Assembly (NCBI GenBank): GCA_040006675.1
Contig: JBDTWM010000002.1
Coordinates: 4,177-68,176, forward strand
Origin: Dermatophilaceae bacterium
GTDB taxonomy: Bacteria > Actinomycetota > Actinomycetes > Actinomycetales > Dermatophilaceae
DNA length: 64,000 nucleotides
Direction of reading: 5' to 3'
Shown: piece after piece, positions 22,208 through 32,331 of the stretch
Position numbering within the stretch: the first letter of the stretch is position 1
How the letters are laid out: each line of letters opens with the position of its first letter
Notes under the pieces: generated by a model
What the model was told of the DNA's origin: nothing
The model's database searches: none
The model's input: the letters and a program-made list of their open reading frames with translations, nothing else
Program-made: the position numbers and the translations under genes

Positions 22208-22440
22208 GTGCCGCAGCCGTCGATCCTGGCGTGTGACCGGTACGCGCCGGGCGTCGGCGTGCCGCTGATGATCTTCAACAACCTCGAGCGCGTCGAGTGG
22301 GTCACCGCCAGGTACGACCTGGGTGCGGGGCCAGGCTCCTGACGCTCCCAAGCTCCGGGCGACTTCTACCAGGTCCGCGAGCTCATGGGTCTTGACCCGC
22401 AGCGAAGCCTGTGGAGCCGCGCGATCGAGGGTCGGACGAG
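22208..22440 (+). pseudogene. Coding-like remnant or 44-aa small ORF with an in-frame TGA at 22340-22342
   Basis: AAGGA 4 nt upstream of GTG 22208. Third positions are strongly G/C both before (ATC TTC AAC AAC CTC GAG) and after (GGC GAC TTC TAC CAG GTC CGC GAG CTC ATG) the TGA. Confidence 0.45.
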
Positions 22441-22502
22441 CCTCGTCACTCGGTGGTCGGTCACTCGGTGGTGGCGAGGACGTCTGTCCGCGAGGCTCGG
22501 TC

Positions 22503-23078
22503 TCAGATCCAGGCGTCGACCAGCGCCTGGCGGGCCTCCTCCAGGAGGCGAGGTAGGGCCTTGGTCTGGGCCACGACCGGCAGGAAGTTCATGTCGCCAC
22601 TCCACCGCGGTACGACGTGCTGGTGAAGGTGAGCGGCGACGCCCGCACCCGCGACGGCCCCCTGGTTCATCCCGAGGTTGTACCCCATGGGGCGGGCCGA
22701 GGTGTCGAGAGCCCGCAGCGCCCGCTTCGTGAGGTCGGAGAACTCCGCGGTCTCATCGTCAGTGAGATCGATGTACAGGGGCACGTGGCGGTACGGACAG
22801 ACGAGTAGGTGCCCGGGGTTGTACGGAAAGAGGTTCATCACGACGAAGCAGAGATCGCCGCGATGCACGATGAGGCTGTCCGGGTCGGGGCGGCCGGGGG
22901 CGGCGCAGAAGGGGCAACCGTCGCCCGCAGCCTCGCTGGGCCGCTCCCCCTTGATGTACACCATGCGGTGCGGCGTCCACAGCCGGTCGAACCCGTCGGG
23001 GATACCCACGAAATCGCTCAGCGGCTCGACCTGAATTCCGTCGGGCCAGGACTCAGGCGCGTCGCGATCAGTCCCCAT
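22503..23078 (-). CDS. HIT family protein (Ap4A phosphorylase-like)
   Basis: RLWTPHRM, CPFC, NLFPYNPGH, HLHQHVVPRW. Confidence 0.92.
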   Translation of the reverse strand: MGTDRDAPESWPDGIQVEPLSDFVGIPDGFDRLWTPHRMVYIKGERPSEAAGDGCPFCAAPGRPDPDSLIVHRGDLCFVVMNLFPYNPGHLLVCPYRHVPLYIDLTDDETAEFSDLTKRALRALDTSARPMGYNLGMNQGAVAGAGVAAHLHQHVVPRWSGDMNFLPVVAQTKALPRLLEEARQALVDAWI

Positions 23079-23622
23079 ACGCCGATCCTAGGCCCGCCCG
23101 GCGCCCGCTCGAGGGAAGGTGCGCCCGGCCGGGCCCAGGGAGATCGAGGCGCACCAGCCGAGCGTCGGCCGACGTGAACCCGGCCCGACGGTAGAGGCTG
23201 GATCCGCCCCCAGACCCGACGCGGAGCTGCACCCACATCGCCCGGTTGTCGCGGCACCACGCCAGGGCGCTGCGCAGCAGCTCCTCGCCGGCGCCCATGC
23301 GGCGGGCCCCCGGCGTGACGTAGAGGTTGGTGACGTGGACCCACGGGCGCGAGAGGCGGCCTGGTCGCGGCAGGCCGTCGACGACGAACAGCGTCACGCC
23401 GCCCCGGGGGCTGCCGTCGAAGGACTTCGCGATCCAGGCGGGTCGACGGTCGGAGTCGGCGAGCCAGGCATCGGCGTACCGATCCAGGAAACCCGTCTCG
23501 CCGGCGCCCCCCTGCTCCCGGCTGAGCTGGAGTTCCAGGGCGGCGAGGGCGAACGCGTCCGCAGTCTGGGCGCGCATCACCTGCCATAGTTGACCCTGGT
23601 CTGCCCTCACGTCTGCCCTCAC
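23068..23622 (-). CDS. GNAT family N-acetyltransferase
   Basis: VTNLYVTPGARRMGAG motif A and LYRRAGF. Start uncertain. Confidence 0.75.
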   Translation of the reverse strand: MRADVRADQGQLWQVMRAQTADAFALAALELQLSREQGGAGETGFLDRYADAWLADSDRRPAWIAKSFDGSPRGGVTLFVVDGLPRPGRLSRPWVHVTNLYVTPGARRMGAGEELLRSALAWCRDNRAMWVQLRVGSGGGSSLYRRAGFTSADARLVRLDLPGPGRAHLPSSGRRAGLGSAYGD

Positions 23623-23705
23623 GAGGGCATATAACCACGGATCTCACGCCTCGGACGGGACATCCGTCTGCGTCAACCGGCCCGTACCCGTGTCCGTGCC
23701 AGCGC

Positions 23706-25739
23706 TCACACCTGCGCGCGCGTGCGAATCGCCTCGAGGATCCTCGCCACCGCCTGGCTGACCGGCACCCCGTTTTCCTGTGCTCCGTCGCGGTATCGGA
23801 AGGACACCGCACCGGCGGCTCGGTCTTCCTCCCCTGCGATCAGCGTGAACGGCACCTTCGACCGGCTGGCGTTGCGGATTTTCTTGGGGAATCGATCGTC
23901 GGAGGCATCGATGTCGACCCGCACGCCCTGGGCGCCCAGCTGCGCCGCGACCTCCTCCAGGTGGGGCACGTACTCGTCGGCGACCGGCACGCACATGACC
24001 TGCACGGGGGCGAGCCACACCGGGAACGCGCCCGCGTAGTGCTCGACCAGCACCCCGAAGAAGCGCTCGATCGAGCCGAAAAGTGCCCGGTGGATCATGA
24101 CGGGGCGCTGGCGGGAACCGTCGGAGGCCTGATACTCCAGCTCGAACAGCTCCGGCAGGTTGAAATCGAGCTGGATCGTCGACATCTGCCACGTGCGGCC
24201 GATGGCGTCCTTGGCCTGGACGGAGATCTTCGGGCCGTAGAACGCGGCGCCGCCCGGGTCGGGGATCAGCTCCAGGCCGGAGTCGGTCGCGACCTGGCGC
24301 AGCGTCTCGGTCGCCTCCTCCCAGGTGACGTCGTCACCGACGTACTTCTCCGGATTCTTGCTCGACAACTCGAGGTAGAAATCGTCCAGCCCGTAGTCCT
24401 TGAGCAGGTCGAGGACGAACGTGAGCAGGCTGGCCAACTCGTCCTTCATCTGCTCGCGGGTGCAGTAGATGTGCGCGTCGTCCTGGGTGAACCCGCGCGC
24501 CCGGGTGAGACCGTGGATGACTCCGGACTTCTCGTAGCGGTAGACGGTCCCGAACTCGAAGAGCCGCAGGGGGAGCTCGCGATACGACCGACCGCGCGAG
24601 CGGAAGATGAGGTTGTGCATCGGGCAGTTCATCGGCTTGAGGTAGTAATCCTGCCCCTGCCGCTTGATGGTGCCGTCCTCGTGCAACTCCTCGTCCACCC
24701 GCATCGGCGGGAACATGCTGTCGCCGTACCAGTCGAGGTGTCCCGACGTCTGGAACAACTGCGCCTTGGTGATATGGGGGGTGTTCACGAACCGGTAGCC
24801 CTCCTCCACATGCCTGCGGCGGCTGTATTCCTCCATCTCCATACGGATGATCCCGCCGTGCGGGTGGAAGACGGGCAGCCCGGAGCCGATCTCGTCGGGA
24901 AAGCTGAACAAGTCCATCTCGACGCCGAGCTTGCGGTGGTCGCGCTTCTCCGCCTCGGCGAGACGGAACAGGTAGTCCTTCAGGTCATCCTTGGTCGGCC
25001 ACGCGGTGCCATAGAGGCGCTGGAGCTGCGCGTTCTTCTGATCGCCGCGCCAGTACGCGGCCGAGCTGCGCATCAGCTTGAAGGCGTTCCCCAGCACCTT
25101 GGTCGAGGGCACGTGGGGCCCGCGGCACAGGTCGAACCAGACGACGTCACCCTTGCGATCGACGCTCTCGTACACCGTCAGGTCGTTGCCGCCGATCTCC
25201 ACCTCGGCGCCCTCCGCGAGGGCGCCGACCTCGTCGGCGTTCTTCGCGCGGCCCTTGAGGGTGACGAGCTCCAGCTTGTACGGCTCGTCCTTCAGCAGCT
25301 CTTGCGCCTCGGCCTCAGTGACCACGCGGCGCCGGAAGGTCTGCCCGGAGTTGACGATGCGCTGCATCGCCTTCTCCAGCTTCTTGAGGTCCTCGGGGGT
25401 GAACGGCTCCGCGACGTCGAAGTCGTAGTAGAACCCGTCACGCACGGGCGGCCCGATCCCGAGGCGGGCGGCCGGGTTGATCTCCTGCACGGCCTGCGCG
25501 AGCACGTGCGCCGCGGAGTGGCGCAGCACGTCGGTGCCCTCGGGTGTGCCGAGCAGGACCGGCTCGACGCTGTCGCCGTCGGCAGCGGGCCGGAACAGGT
25601 CGAACACCTCGTCGCCGACTTTGGCAGCGACCACCCGGTCGGCCCCGCTACCGGTGAGCTCCAGGACGTCCCCGTACGTCGAGCCCGCGTCCATCGCGCG
25701 CTGCTCGCCTTCGACGGTGACAGTGATCTGAGTAGACAC
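23706..25739 (-). CDS. thrS: Threonine--tRNA ligase
   Basis: [53 protein letters not shown]. Confidence 0.98.
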   Translation of the reverse strand: MSTQITVTVEGEQRAMDAGSTYGDVLELTGSGADRVVAAKVGDEVFDLFRPAADGDSVEPVLLGTPEGTDVLRHSAAHVLAQAVQEINPAARLGIGPPVRDGFYYDFDVAEPFTPEDLKKLEKAMQRIVNSGQTFRRRVVTEAEAQELLKDEPYKLELVTLKGRAKNADEVGALAEGAEVEIGGNDLTVYESVDRKGDVVWFDLCRGPHVPSTKVLGNAFKLMRSSAAYWRGDQKNAQLQRLYGTAWPTKDDLKDYLFRLAEAEKRDHRKLGVEMDLFSFPDEIGSGLPVFHPHGGIIRMEMEEYSRRRHVEEGYRFVNTPHITKAQLFQTSGHLDWYGDSMFPPMRVDEELHEDGTIKRQGQDYYLKPMNCPMHNLIFRSRGRSYRELPLRLFEFGTVYRYEKSGVIHGLTRARGFTQDDAHIYCTREQMKDELASLLTFVLDLLKDYGLDDFYLELSSKNPEKYVGDDVTWEEATETLRQVATDSGLELIPDPGGAAFYGPKISVQAKDAIGRTWQMSTIQLDFNLPELFELEYQASDGSRQRPVMIHRALFGSIERFFGVLVEHYAGAFPVWLAPVQVMCVPVADEYVPHLEEVAAQLGAQGVRVDIDASDDRFPKKIRNASRSKVPFTLIAGEEDRAAGAVSFRYRDGAQENGVPVSQAVARILEAIRTRAQV

Positions 25740-25945
25740 GATCGGGCTCCTTGGAGTTCGCGGAACGCACGCGTCGTACGAAGAACGCGTGCCCGATCAG
25801 GGTAACGGCGCCCTGCGATAACGCCCGAATCCGACCCCCAGCGACACCAAGTATTTTGCGCGTCAAGAGAATTGGAGAAGGCGCGCTTAGACTGGGCACC
25901 AACGCAGAGGCCGGCATCCCGCCCGGGCGCGCGGGAGGGGCGGGC

Positions 25946-27088
25946 GTGAGCACACAGAGCATCGGGCTCAGAGGACCGTTCGCCGCAGCGTGCGCGGGCC
26001 TGCTCCTCGCAGCCACGGCTTGTGGGACGGCGATCTCCCCCCAGGCCACCAGCTCGCCGATGAATGCCGCGTCCTCGGCATCGGAGGCACCCCGTACGAT
26101 CACGCTCGCGTTCGGCGGAGACGTGCACTTCGAGGAGTACGTGGCGGGACTGCTCACGGACCCGGACCACGCCCTGTCCGACCTGCGGCCCACGCTGGGT
26201 GCGGCCGATTTCTCGATGGTCAACCTGGAGACCGCGATCACGACCGGCGGGGAGCGCGAGGATAAATCCTTCACGTTCCGGGCTCCGCCCACCGCCCTAC
26301 AGGCCCTGGCTGCCGCGGGCGTCGATGCGGTCAGCCTCGCCAACAACCACGCGGTCGACTTCGGCACCGTAGGCCTGACCGACACGCTCGCCGCCAAGGC
26401 CACCAGTCCGATCCCGATAGTGGGTATCGGCCATGACACCCGTGAGGCGTACCAACCGTACGTCGTCGACGTCAAGGGGGTGCGCGTCGCACTCCTCGCC
26501 GCGCTCCAGCTGTGGGAGGAGACCGCCACGCGCCACTCCGCCGCCGACGGCCAGGCCGGGGTCGCCACCTCGCAGACCCCCGCGGCGCTGACCCTTCTCC
26601 GCGAGGCGACCCGCGAGGCGGCCGCGACCGCGGACCTGGTGGTAGTGATGATGCACTGGGGGACCGAGTACGCCACCTGCGCCGACGCCGCCCAATCGGC
26701 CACGGTGCGGGCACTGGAGGCCGACGGCGCGGACATCATCGTCGGTGGTCACGCGCACCGTCTGCAGGGCGGTGGCTGGTCCGGGCGCAGCTACGTCGGC
26801 TACGCCCTGGGGAACTTTGTCTGGTGGCGCTCCACGGAGCCCGAGGCTCGCTCTGGGGTCCTCACGCTCACGGCGGACGCGGACGCGGCCAGGTCTCGTG
26901 GTCGCTCGTCGGGCGCCGAGCGCCTCACGGACACTTCACTCATCACCCGTGCGGAGTGGCAGCCGATGTTGATCGGTGCGGACGGGGTGCCGCGCCCCGC
27001 CGCCGAGGAAGCGACCACCCAGAGATTGCGGGGCGTGTGGGACGCCGCGGTCGCGTGCTCCGGTCTGTCGACCGCTCCCCCGCCCTGA
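25946..27088 (+). CDS. CapA/PGA_cap family metallophosphoesterase lipoprotein
   Basis: Lipobox-like LLLAATAC after GTG 25946; GDVHF, NLET, NNHAVDFG, HWGTE, GGHAH, LGNF. Confidence 0.85.
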   Translation: MSTQSIGLRGPFAAACAGLLLAATACGTAISPQATSSPMNAASSASEAPRTITLAFGGDVHFEEYVAGLLTDPDHALSDLRPTLGAADFSMVNLETAITTGGEREDKSFTFRAPPTALQALAAAGVDAVSLANNHAVDFGTVGLTDTLAAKATSPIPIVGIGHDTREAYQPYVVDVKGVRVALLAALQLWEETATRHSAADGQAGVATSQTPAALTLLREATREAAATADLVVVMMHWGTEYATCADAAQSATVRALEADGADIIVGGHAHRLQGGGWSGRSYVGYALGNFVWWRSTEPEARSGVLTLTADADAARSRGRSSGAERLTDTSLITRAEWQPMLIGADGVPRPAAEEATTQRLRGVWDAAVACSGLSTAPPP

Positions 27089-27286
27089 CCTCCACGCTGA
27101 CCGCACCCCACGTGGATCGCGCCCGCCACCGGTCGCGTCACCGGCGGCCTTGGTGTTTGGTCACCTGGCGGCACCCCGAGGCAGCGGATGCTCCCAGCAG
27201 ACGCAGGCACCCTGGCCCAACCGTATTAACGCCTTACCATCTGGTGGTTCGTGATCGAACGCACGGTGCCCGCGATTCCTCATCAG

Positions 27287-27360
27287 TGGACGTAAAGGGA
27301 CTTGAACCCCTGGCCTTTCGCGTGTGAAGCGAACGCTCTAACCAACTGAGCTATACGTCC
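27287..27360 (-). tRNA. tRNA-Val(CAC), CCA not encoded
   Basis: Reverse complement GGACGTATAGCTCAGTTGGTTAGAGCGTTCGCTTCACACGCGAAAGGCCAGGGGTTCAAGTCCCTTTACGTCCA folds as a cloverleaf with anticodon loop TTCACAC. Confidence 0.95.
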
Positions 27361-27448
27361 GAGCGTGCTGCCCAGACTATCGTCCGGGGCTCGCCCGGCC
27401 AAACCCGGATCCTACGTGTGTTCGACAGCGACGCGGCGCCCAAGGCGC

Positions 27449-27964
27449 TCACAACCCCCCGTACGTGCGCAGCGAGCTTTCGGCGATGTCCGGCAGCCAC
27501 GCGGGGACGCCCGCCAACTTGAACAGCACCCAGAACATCGCGCAGACAACCAGAATGGAGGCGAGCGTCACCAACGCGCGCACGGCCCAGCCCTGCCTCA
27601 GCATCCAGTCGGTCCAGCGCGACAGGAGACGCCGACCGACCTCGAGCAGTCGACGCGCCCAATGAAATTCCGAGGCCCAGATCGCAACGCCGATGAAGAC
27701 GATCAGCCAACCCGGCCCTGGGAACGGCACCATGATCAAGCCGATGACCACGACCACGAGGCCGACGCCGCCGACGACCCACCGATACACCTTCCGCGTG
27801 GCCGGGTTGGCCCGCAGGCGCTCGCGCCACGCACGGAGCCGCACCCGCCACTGCCAATCCGGTCCCGGCAGGTCCACCCGCGAAGGTTCACCGATCTGAC
27901 CTTCGCTCGCGCGTCCGTCCTTCCCCGACACGGCATCCCCTCCCGAACGGACCATGAATCTCAC
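27449..27964 (-). CDS. TIGR02611 family membrane protein
   Basis: GLIMVPFPGPGWLIVFIGVAIWASEFHWA motif. Start may be GTG 27931. Confidence 0.85.
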   Translation of the reverse strand: MRFMVRSGGDAVSGKDGRASEGQIGEPSRVDLPGPDWQWRVRLRAWRERLRANPATRKVYRWVVGGVGLVVVVIGLIMVPFPGPGWLIVFIGVAIWASEFHWARRLLEVGRRLLSRWTDWMLRQGWAVRALVTLASILVVCAMFWVLFKLAGVPAWLPDIAESSLRTYGGL

Positions 27965-28013
27965 CGTACGACCCGTGAACGGACCGAAGCGTGCTCCCAG
28001 TTCCTGAGCAGGA

Positions 28014-28046
28014 TGAAGCCCCCCGGCCGAGGGCCGGGGGGCTTCA
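28014..28046. terminator. Perfect 15-bp hairpin downstream of phaB
   Basis: TGAAGCCCCCCGGCC-GAG-GGCCGGGGGGCTTCA. Confidence 0.8.
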
Positions 28047-28073
28047 CCCTGAGCGCACGTGGTGGCGGTGTCG

Positions 28074-28823
28074 TCAGATCATCAACAGACCGCCGGTCAC
28101 CGGGAGCAGCACGCCGGTCACGTAGCGGGCGCCGTCCGAGCACAGGTAGCGCACCGCGTCGGCGATGTCGTCACCGCTCGCCCAGTCGCGCATGGGAATC
28201 GTCTCGGTGACCGCGTCGATAATCTCCTGCGGAAGCTTCGCCGTCATCTCCGTGGTGACCGCGCCCGGGATGATGCAGTTGACCGTCACTCCCTTCTGGG
28301 CAGACTCCAGCGCCAGCGTTTTGGTCAGGCCGAACAGACCGGACTTGGCCGCCGCATAGTTGGACTGGCCGACGCGGCCAAGCGCGCCGGAGAACGAGGA
28401 GATATTCACAATCCGGCCGTAGTTAGCCTCGTACATATACGGCAAGGCCGCCTTCGCCAGCCAGAACGGGCCCGAGAGGTTGGTCTTGATGACCTGCTCC
28501 CAGTCGAGCTGATTCATCTTGACGGCGGTGCGGTCGCGCACGATGCCGGCGTTGTTGACGAGCCAGTCGATGCGGCCATAGTCGCTGGCGATCGAATCCA
28601 CCAGGGTCTGGCAGTCGGACGTGTTGGCGACGTTGGCCTGGCGGATGTCGATCTCCAGGCCTTCGCTCGCGGCCGCCTCGGAGTACGCGGCGGCGGCCTT
28701 GGTGTTGCTGTTGTAGACCGCGACCACCTTAGCGCCGTCTTTGGCCAGACACCGCGAGATGGCCGCGCCGATCCCCCGCGTCCCACCGGTCACTAGAGCC
28801 ACACGGGCTTCGTTCTCACTCAT
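28074..28823 (-). CDS. phaB: Acetoacetyl-CoA/3-oxoacyl reductase (SDR, PhaB-like)
   Basis: TGGTRGIG, NNAGIVRD, GQSNYAAAKSG, TVNCIIPG; immediately downstream of phaC. ATG at 28823. Confidence 0.75.
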   Translation of the reverse strand: MSENEARVALVTGGTRGIGAAISRCLAKDGAKVVAVYNSNTKAAAAYSEAAASEGLEIDIRQANVANTSDCQTLVDSIASDYGRIDWLVNNAGIVRDRTAVKMNQLDWEQVIKTNLSGPFWLAKAALPYMYEANYGRIVNISSFSGALGRVGQSNYAAAKSGLFGLTKTLALESAQKGVTVNCIIPGAVTTEMTAKLPQEIIDAVTETIPMRDWASGDDIADAVRYLCSDGARYVTGVLLPVTGGLLMI

Positions 28824-28963
28824 CGGTTCTCCATTTCTTCGGCGTAGCGGAGGGCATCCGCACAGCGTGCTCATGCCGCGCGTCGAGACGCGCAGGCCTG
28901 TCCTTATTCAGTCGTGTCTGGGTCGGCCGCGCCTCAGTAGACGCGAGCGCATCACGAACAGGG

Positions 28964-30850
28964 TCAGGTGAAGATGTATGTGCCGGGTGCCTCTTCCATC
29001 GCAGGAAAGTTCTCGTTGCCGGCCGTCTTCGGTGGATCCTTGAGTTCCCCGGAGCGGGGCTGAAGCCACTCGACCCAGTCCGCCCACCAGGTGCCTTCGT
29101 GCCGCTCGGACCCGGCGAACCAGTCGTCGGCATCCTTCGACAGAGTCGGGTTGGTGTAATAGCCGAGGCCACGATGATTCGGGGCAGCGACGAGGCTCTG
29201 CACATGCCCGCTGGAACACAGCACGAATCTGCAATCCCCGGACACCATCTGCGTCGTGGAGTAGCACCCGTGCCACGGCGTGATGTGGTCGGTGAGCCCA
29301 CCCACCACGTATACGTCCTGAGTGATGTCGCTGATGTCGATCGGAGTGCCCAAGATGTTCAGGCTCCCCGGTTTCGTCAGCTGGTTGTGGATGACGATAT
29401 CCAGGAGTTGGTGGTGCAGCGCCTCGGGGAGTCGGGTGGTGTCGGCATTCCAGGCGAGGATGTCGAACGTCGGCGGCTCGTTGCCGAGCAGGTAGTTGTT
29501 GACCCAGTAGTTCCACACCAGTTCGTTGGGTCGCAACCAGGCGAAGACCTGGGCCATCCTCCACCCCTCGAGGTAGCCCCGCTTGCTGGACAACTTCTTG
29601 GCCGCGTTGACGGTCTTGGGTGATGCGAAGAGCAGGATCTCGGCGTCGGTGCGGCTGTCCAGGAGGGTCACGAGCATGGTTGCCGAGTGGATTCGTGGCT
29701 CCTCGCGGGCTGCGTCCATGGCCGCGAGGATGGCGACCATCATGCCGCCCGCGCAGCCGCCCATGACGTTGACATCTGATGAGCCGGACACCTCACGGAC
29801 GACGTCGATCGCGTCGAGTGTGGCCTCCGCATAGGTACTGAAGTCCCAGTGCCGCTCCTTGGCCGTGGGGTTGCGCCAGCTGATGCCGAACACTTGAATG
29901 CCGTGCTGCAAGAGGTACTCGTACATGCTGCGTCCTGGGGCCAGGTCGAGAGCGTAGTACTTGTTGACCTGCGGCGGCACAATCACCACCGGCCGCGTCC
30001 CCACCTGCTCGGACTGCGGCTGATAGTGAAGGATCTCCAGCGCATCCGTGCGATAGATCACTCGGCCTCGGGTCACGGCGAGATTGATACCGACGTGGAA
30101 CGGTTCCCGATTGACCTGCGTGGGCATGCCGTGGTTCTGGCGGACATCCCTCACCAGGCGATTAAACCCGCGGACGAGGCTCTTGCCCTTGGTCTCCTGC
30201 GCCTTCTTGATCGCCGACGGGTTGGTGAGGATGTTGTTCGTCGGCGCAAGTCCTTCACGGATCAGGCCGATCACGAACTCGACGCGCTCCACATCTTTGG
30301 GACCGAGACCGAGGTGCTCGACAATGTCGTCGGCTTCGGCCCCGAGGACGAGGTAGGCCTGCATGATCCGGCGCAGGAGTCGCTTGTCCTGCCACGCCGA
30401 ATCCCGGAACCGCTTATCCTTCTGATCCGGTGCGACCAGCGACTGTCCGACACCGATCTTGACCAACTCCGCCACGGTGCGAGGAGCGGCCGACAGCAAC
30501 GCTCTCGGATTACGCAACGACTCGCGACCCAACGTGACAAGGCCGCCGATCGCGTCCTGAACGCCGAACCCGACGAACGGGCTCGGTCCGACAACCGCCC
30601 CGGCGCCGCCGGCGAGGTTTTCGGCGTCGAACGCGATGCGGAGGTCGTCCGGATAGTCCTCCTGGCGGTCCACCAAGTGGTCGACATGGTCCTGCACCGG
30701 CTGCACCTGGTGGGCGGGCGCAGCGTCCCAATCGGAGCTGGACGTCGGCTCCGTGGTCGCCACGGGCGTGGAGCGTGGCGGCGAGGAGGCCTCGTCCTGT
30801 CCTGCGTGAGAGGGATCGGGGGTCGATGCGGCTGGTGTTGGTTCGGTCAC
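28964..30850 (-). CDS. phaC: PHA synthase, class II-like
   Basis: PPQVNKYYALDL, SWRNP, lipase-box MGGCAGG (catalytic Cys), TDHITPW (Asp), SSGHVQS (His), GTWWADW, EEAPGTY. GTG at 30850. Confidence 0.92.
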   Translation of the reverse strand: MTEPTPAASTPDPSHAGQDEASSPPRSTPVATTEPTSSSDWDAAPAHQVQPVQDHVDHLVDRQEDYPDDLRIAFDAENLAGGAGAVVGPSPFVGFGVQDAIGGLVTLGRESLRNPRALLSAAPRTVAELVKIGVGQSLVAPDQKDKRFRDSAWQDKRLLRRIMQAYLVLGAEADDIVEHLGLGPKDVERVEFVIGLIREGLAPTNNILTNPSAIKKAQETKGKSLVRGFNRLVRDVRQNHGMPTQVNREPFHVGINLAVTRGRVIYRTDALEILHYQPQSEQVGTRPVVIVPPQVNKYYALDLAPGRSMYEYLLQHGIQVFGISWRNPTAKERHWDFSTYAEATLDAIDVVREVSGSSDVNVMGGCAGGMMVAILAAMDAAREEPRIHSATMLVTLLDSRTDAEILLFASPKTVNAAKKLSSKRGYLEGWRMAQVFAWLRPNELVWNYWVNNYLLGNEPPTFDILAWNADTTRLPEALHHQLLDIVIHNQLTKPGSLNILGTPIDISDITQDVYVVGGLTDHITPWHGCYSTTQMVSGDCRFVLCSSGHVQSLVAAPNHRGLGYYTNPTLSKDADDWFAGSERHEGTWWADWVEWLQPRSGELKDPPKTAGNENFPAMEEAPGTYIFT

Positions 30851-31013
30851 GGAACCCTCGCTCGGCGGGGCGTCGAAGCATCCGGGCCAACGGGTCCGGA
30901 CACGGTGGACGCCGTGTTCTGTGGATCGGGGACGTGAGCGGTCCCTCCCCGGCGCGCGGTGGGAGACGAGTCTCCGGCGCCCCGGGGAGAGACCATCCCA
31001 CGTGTGTTCGTCA

Positions 31014-32180
31014 TTAGGACAGCCGCTCCACGACGATCGCCATGCCCTGGCCGCCGCCGACGCACATCGTCTCGAGGCCAAAGGTCTTGTCCTTGACCCT
31101 GAGTCCGTTGAGCAGCGTCGAGAGCATGCGCACGCCGGTCATCCCGAAGGGGTGACCGAGCGCGATCGCCCCACCGAACGGGTTGAGCTTGTCGCTGAAG
31201 GGGTCGAAGCCGATGGCCTGCGCCGACGGGATGACCTGGGCGGCGAACGCCTCGTTGATCTCGACGATGTCGATGTCGTCGATGGTCTTGCCGGCCCGCG
31301 CGAGCGCCTGCTGGCTCGACGCGATCGGCCCGATGCCCATGGCCTCAGGCGCGCACGCGCTGACGCCGGTCGACAGGATGCGGGCGATCGGTTCCAGACC
31401 GAGGGACTTGGCCTTGGTGTCGGACATGATCACGGTGGCGGCGGCTCCGTCGTTGAGGGGGCACGCGTTGCCCGCGGTGACCTTGCCGCCGCGACGGAAC
31501 ACCGGACGCAACCCTGCCAGGGACTCCATCGTGACGCCCTTGCGCGGTCCGTCATCCGTCGTGGCGAAGGTGCCGTCGCCGAGAGGCACCGGGATGATCT
31601 CGTGAGCGATGTAGCCCGCTTCCATAGCCGCCAGCGCCTTCGCGTGGCTCTGGACGGCGAGACGGTCCATGTCCTCACGGGTGATGCCGTACTCGTCAGC
31701 GACCAGCTCCGCGGTCAGCCCCATCGGCATGAACGCCTGCGGCAAGCCCTCGGCGTTCCCCCTGAACAGCCGGGGGTTGGCCGTCTCCGGCTGGTCGGCG
31801 TACACGCCTAGCGGCGAGTGGGTGCTGGACTCGATGCCTACGGCGACGAAGGCGTCGCCCTCACCGGCCTTGATGGCGTGGAACGCCATGCGCACGGCCT
31901 GCAGCGATGACGAGCAGTAGCGGTTGACGGTCGTGCCGGGCGCGTTGACCCCAGCCAGCAGGCTGACGATGCGGCCCAAGTTGTGGGCCTGCTCGCCACC
32001 GGGCAGAGCACAGCCTGCGAGGACGTCCTCGACCTCGGACCGATCGAACTGCGGGATCTTCTTGAGGACCTCGTCGACCACGAGAGCACCGAGGTCGTCG
32101 GGACGCTTGTGGATGAGCGATCCCTTCACGGCACGGCCGATCGGCGTCCGGCCGATGGCGACGATGACTGCTTCTGGCAT
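31014..32180 (-). CDS. Acetyl-CoA acyltransferase (thiolase)
   Basis: RTPIGRA, NRYCSSS, NEAFA, GHPFG, MCVGGGQG. ATG at 32180. Confidence 0.92.
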   Translation of the reverse strand: MPEAVIVAIGRTPIGRAVKGSLIHKRPDDLGALVVDEVLKKIPQFDRSEVEDVLAGCALPGGEQAHNLGRIVSLLAGVNAPGTTVNRYCSSSLQAVRMAFHAIKAGEGDAFVAVGIESSTHSPLGVYADQPETANPRLFRGNAEGLPQAFMPMGLTAELVADEYGITREDMDRLAVQSHAKALAAMEAGYIAHEIIPVPLGDGTFATTDDGPRKGVTMESLAGLRPVFRRGGKVTAGNACPLNDGAAATVIMSDTKAKSLGLEPIARILSTGVSACAPEAMGIGPIASSQQALARAGKTIDDIDIVEINEAFAAQVIPSAQAIGFDPFSDKLNPFGGAIALGHPFGMTGVRMLSTLLNGLRVKDKTFGLETMCVGGGQGMAIVVERLS

Positions 32181-32331
32181 GGTTGCGCTCCCGCTCTGTC
32201 GAGGAATCTCTAGGTCGGATCTGGATCTGGTCATGCGGTGACGTCGGCTCGCGACGCCCAGTTTGGTGAGGTCGGCGCCGCGCCGGAGAGGACGGTGTCC
32301 TGCGGCGTAGGAGCCGGCGCGAGGCGGGCGA

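Noticed and set aside
23599-23622. 12-bp tandem duplication (GTCTGCCCTCAC x2) at the GNAT 5' end
   Set aside because: Only two copies; it mainly makes the start codon ambiguous.
25740-25945. T-box or other leader upstream of thrS
   Set aside because: No T-box consensus or terminator/antiterminator pair found, and the start region is short.
27089-27286. Relatively AT-rich stretch 3' of tRNA-Val(CAC) as a mobile-element remnant or ncRNA
   Set aside because: No ORF, inverted repeats or recognisable RNA structure could be supported.
27965-28073. attR-like duplicate of the tRNA-Val 3' end
   Set aside because: Only a short TGGTGG match, expected by chance in GC-rich DNA, and no integrase present.
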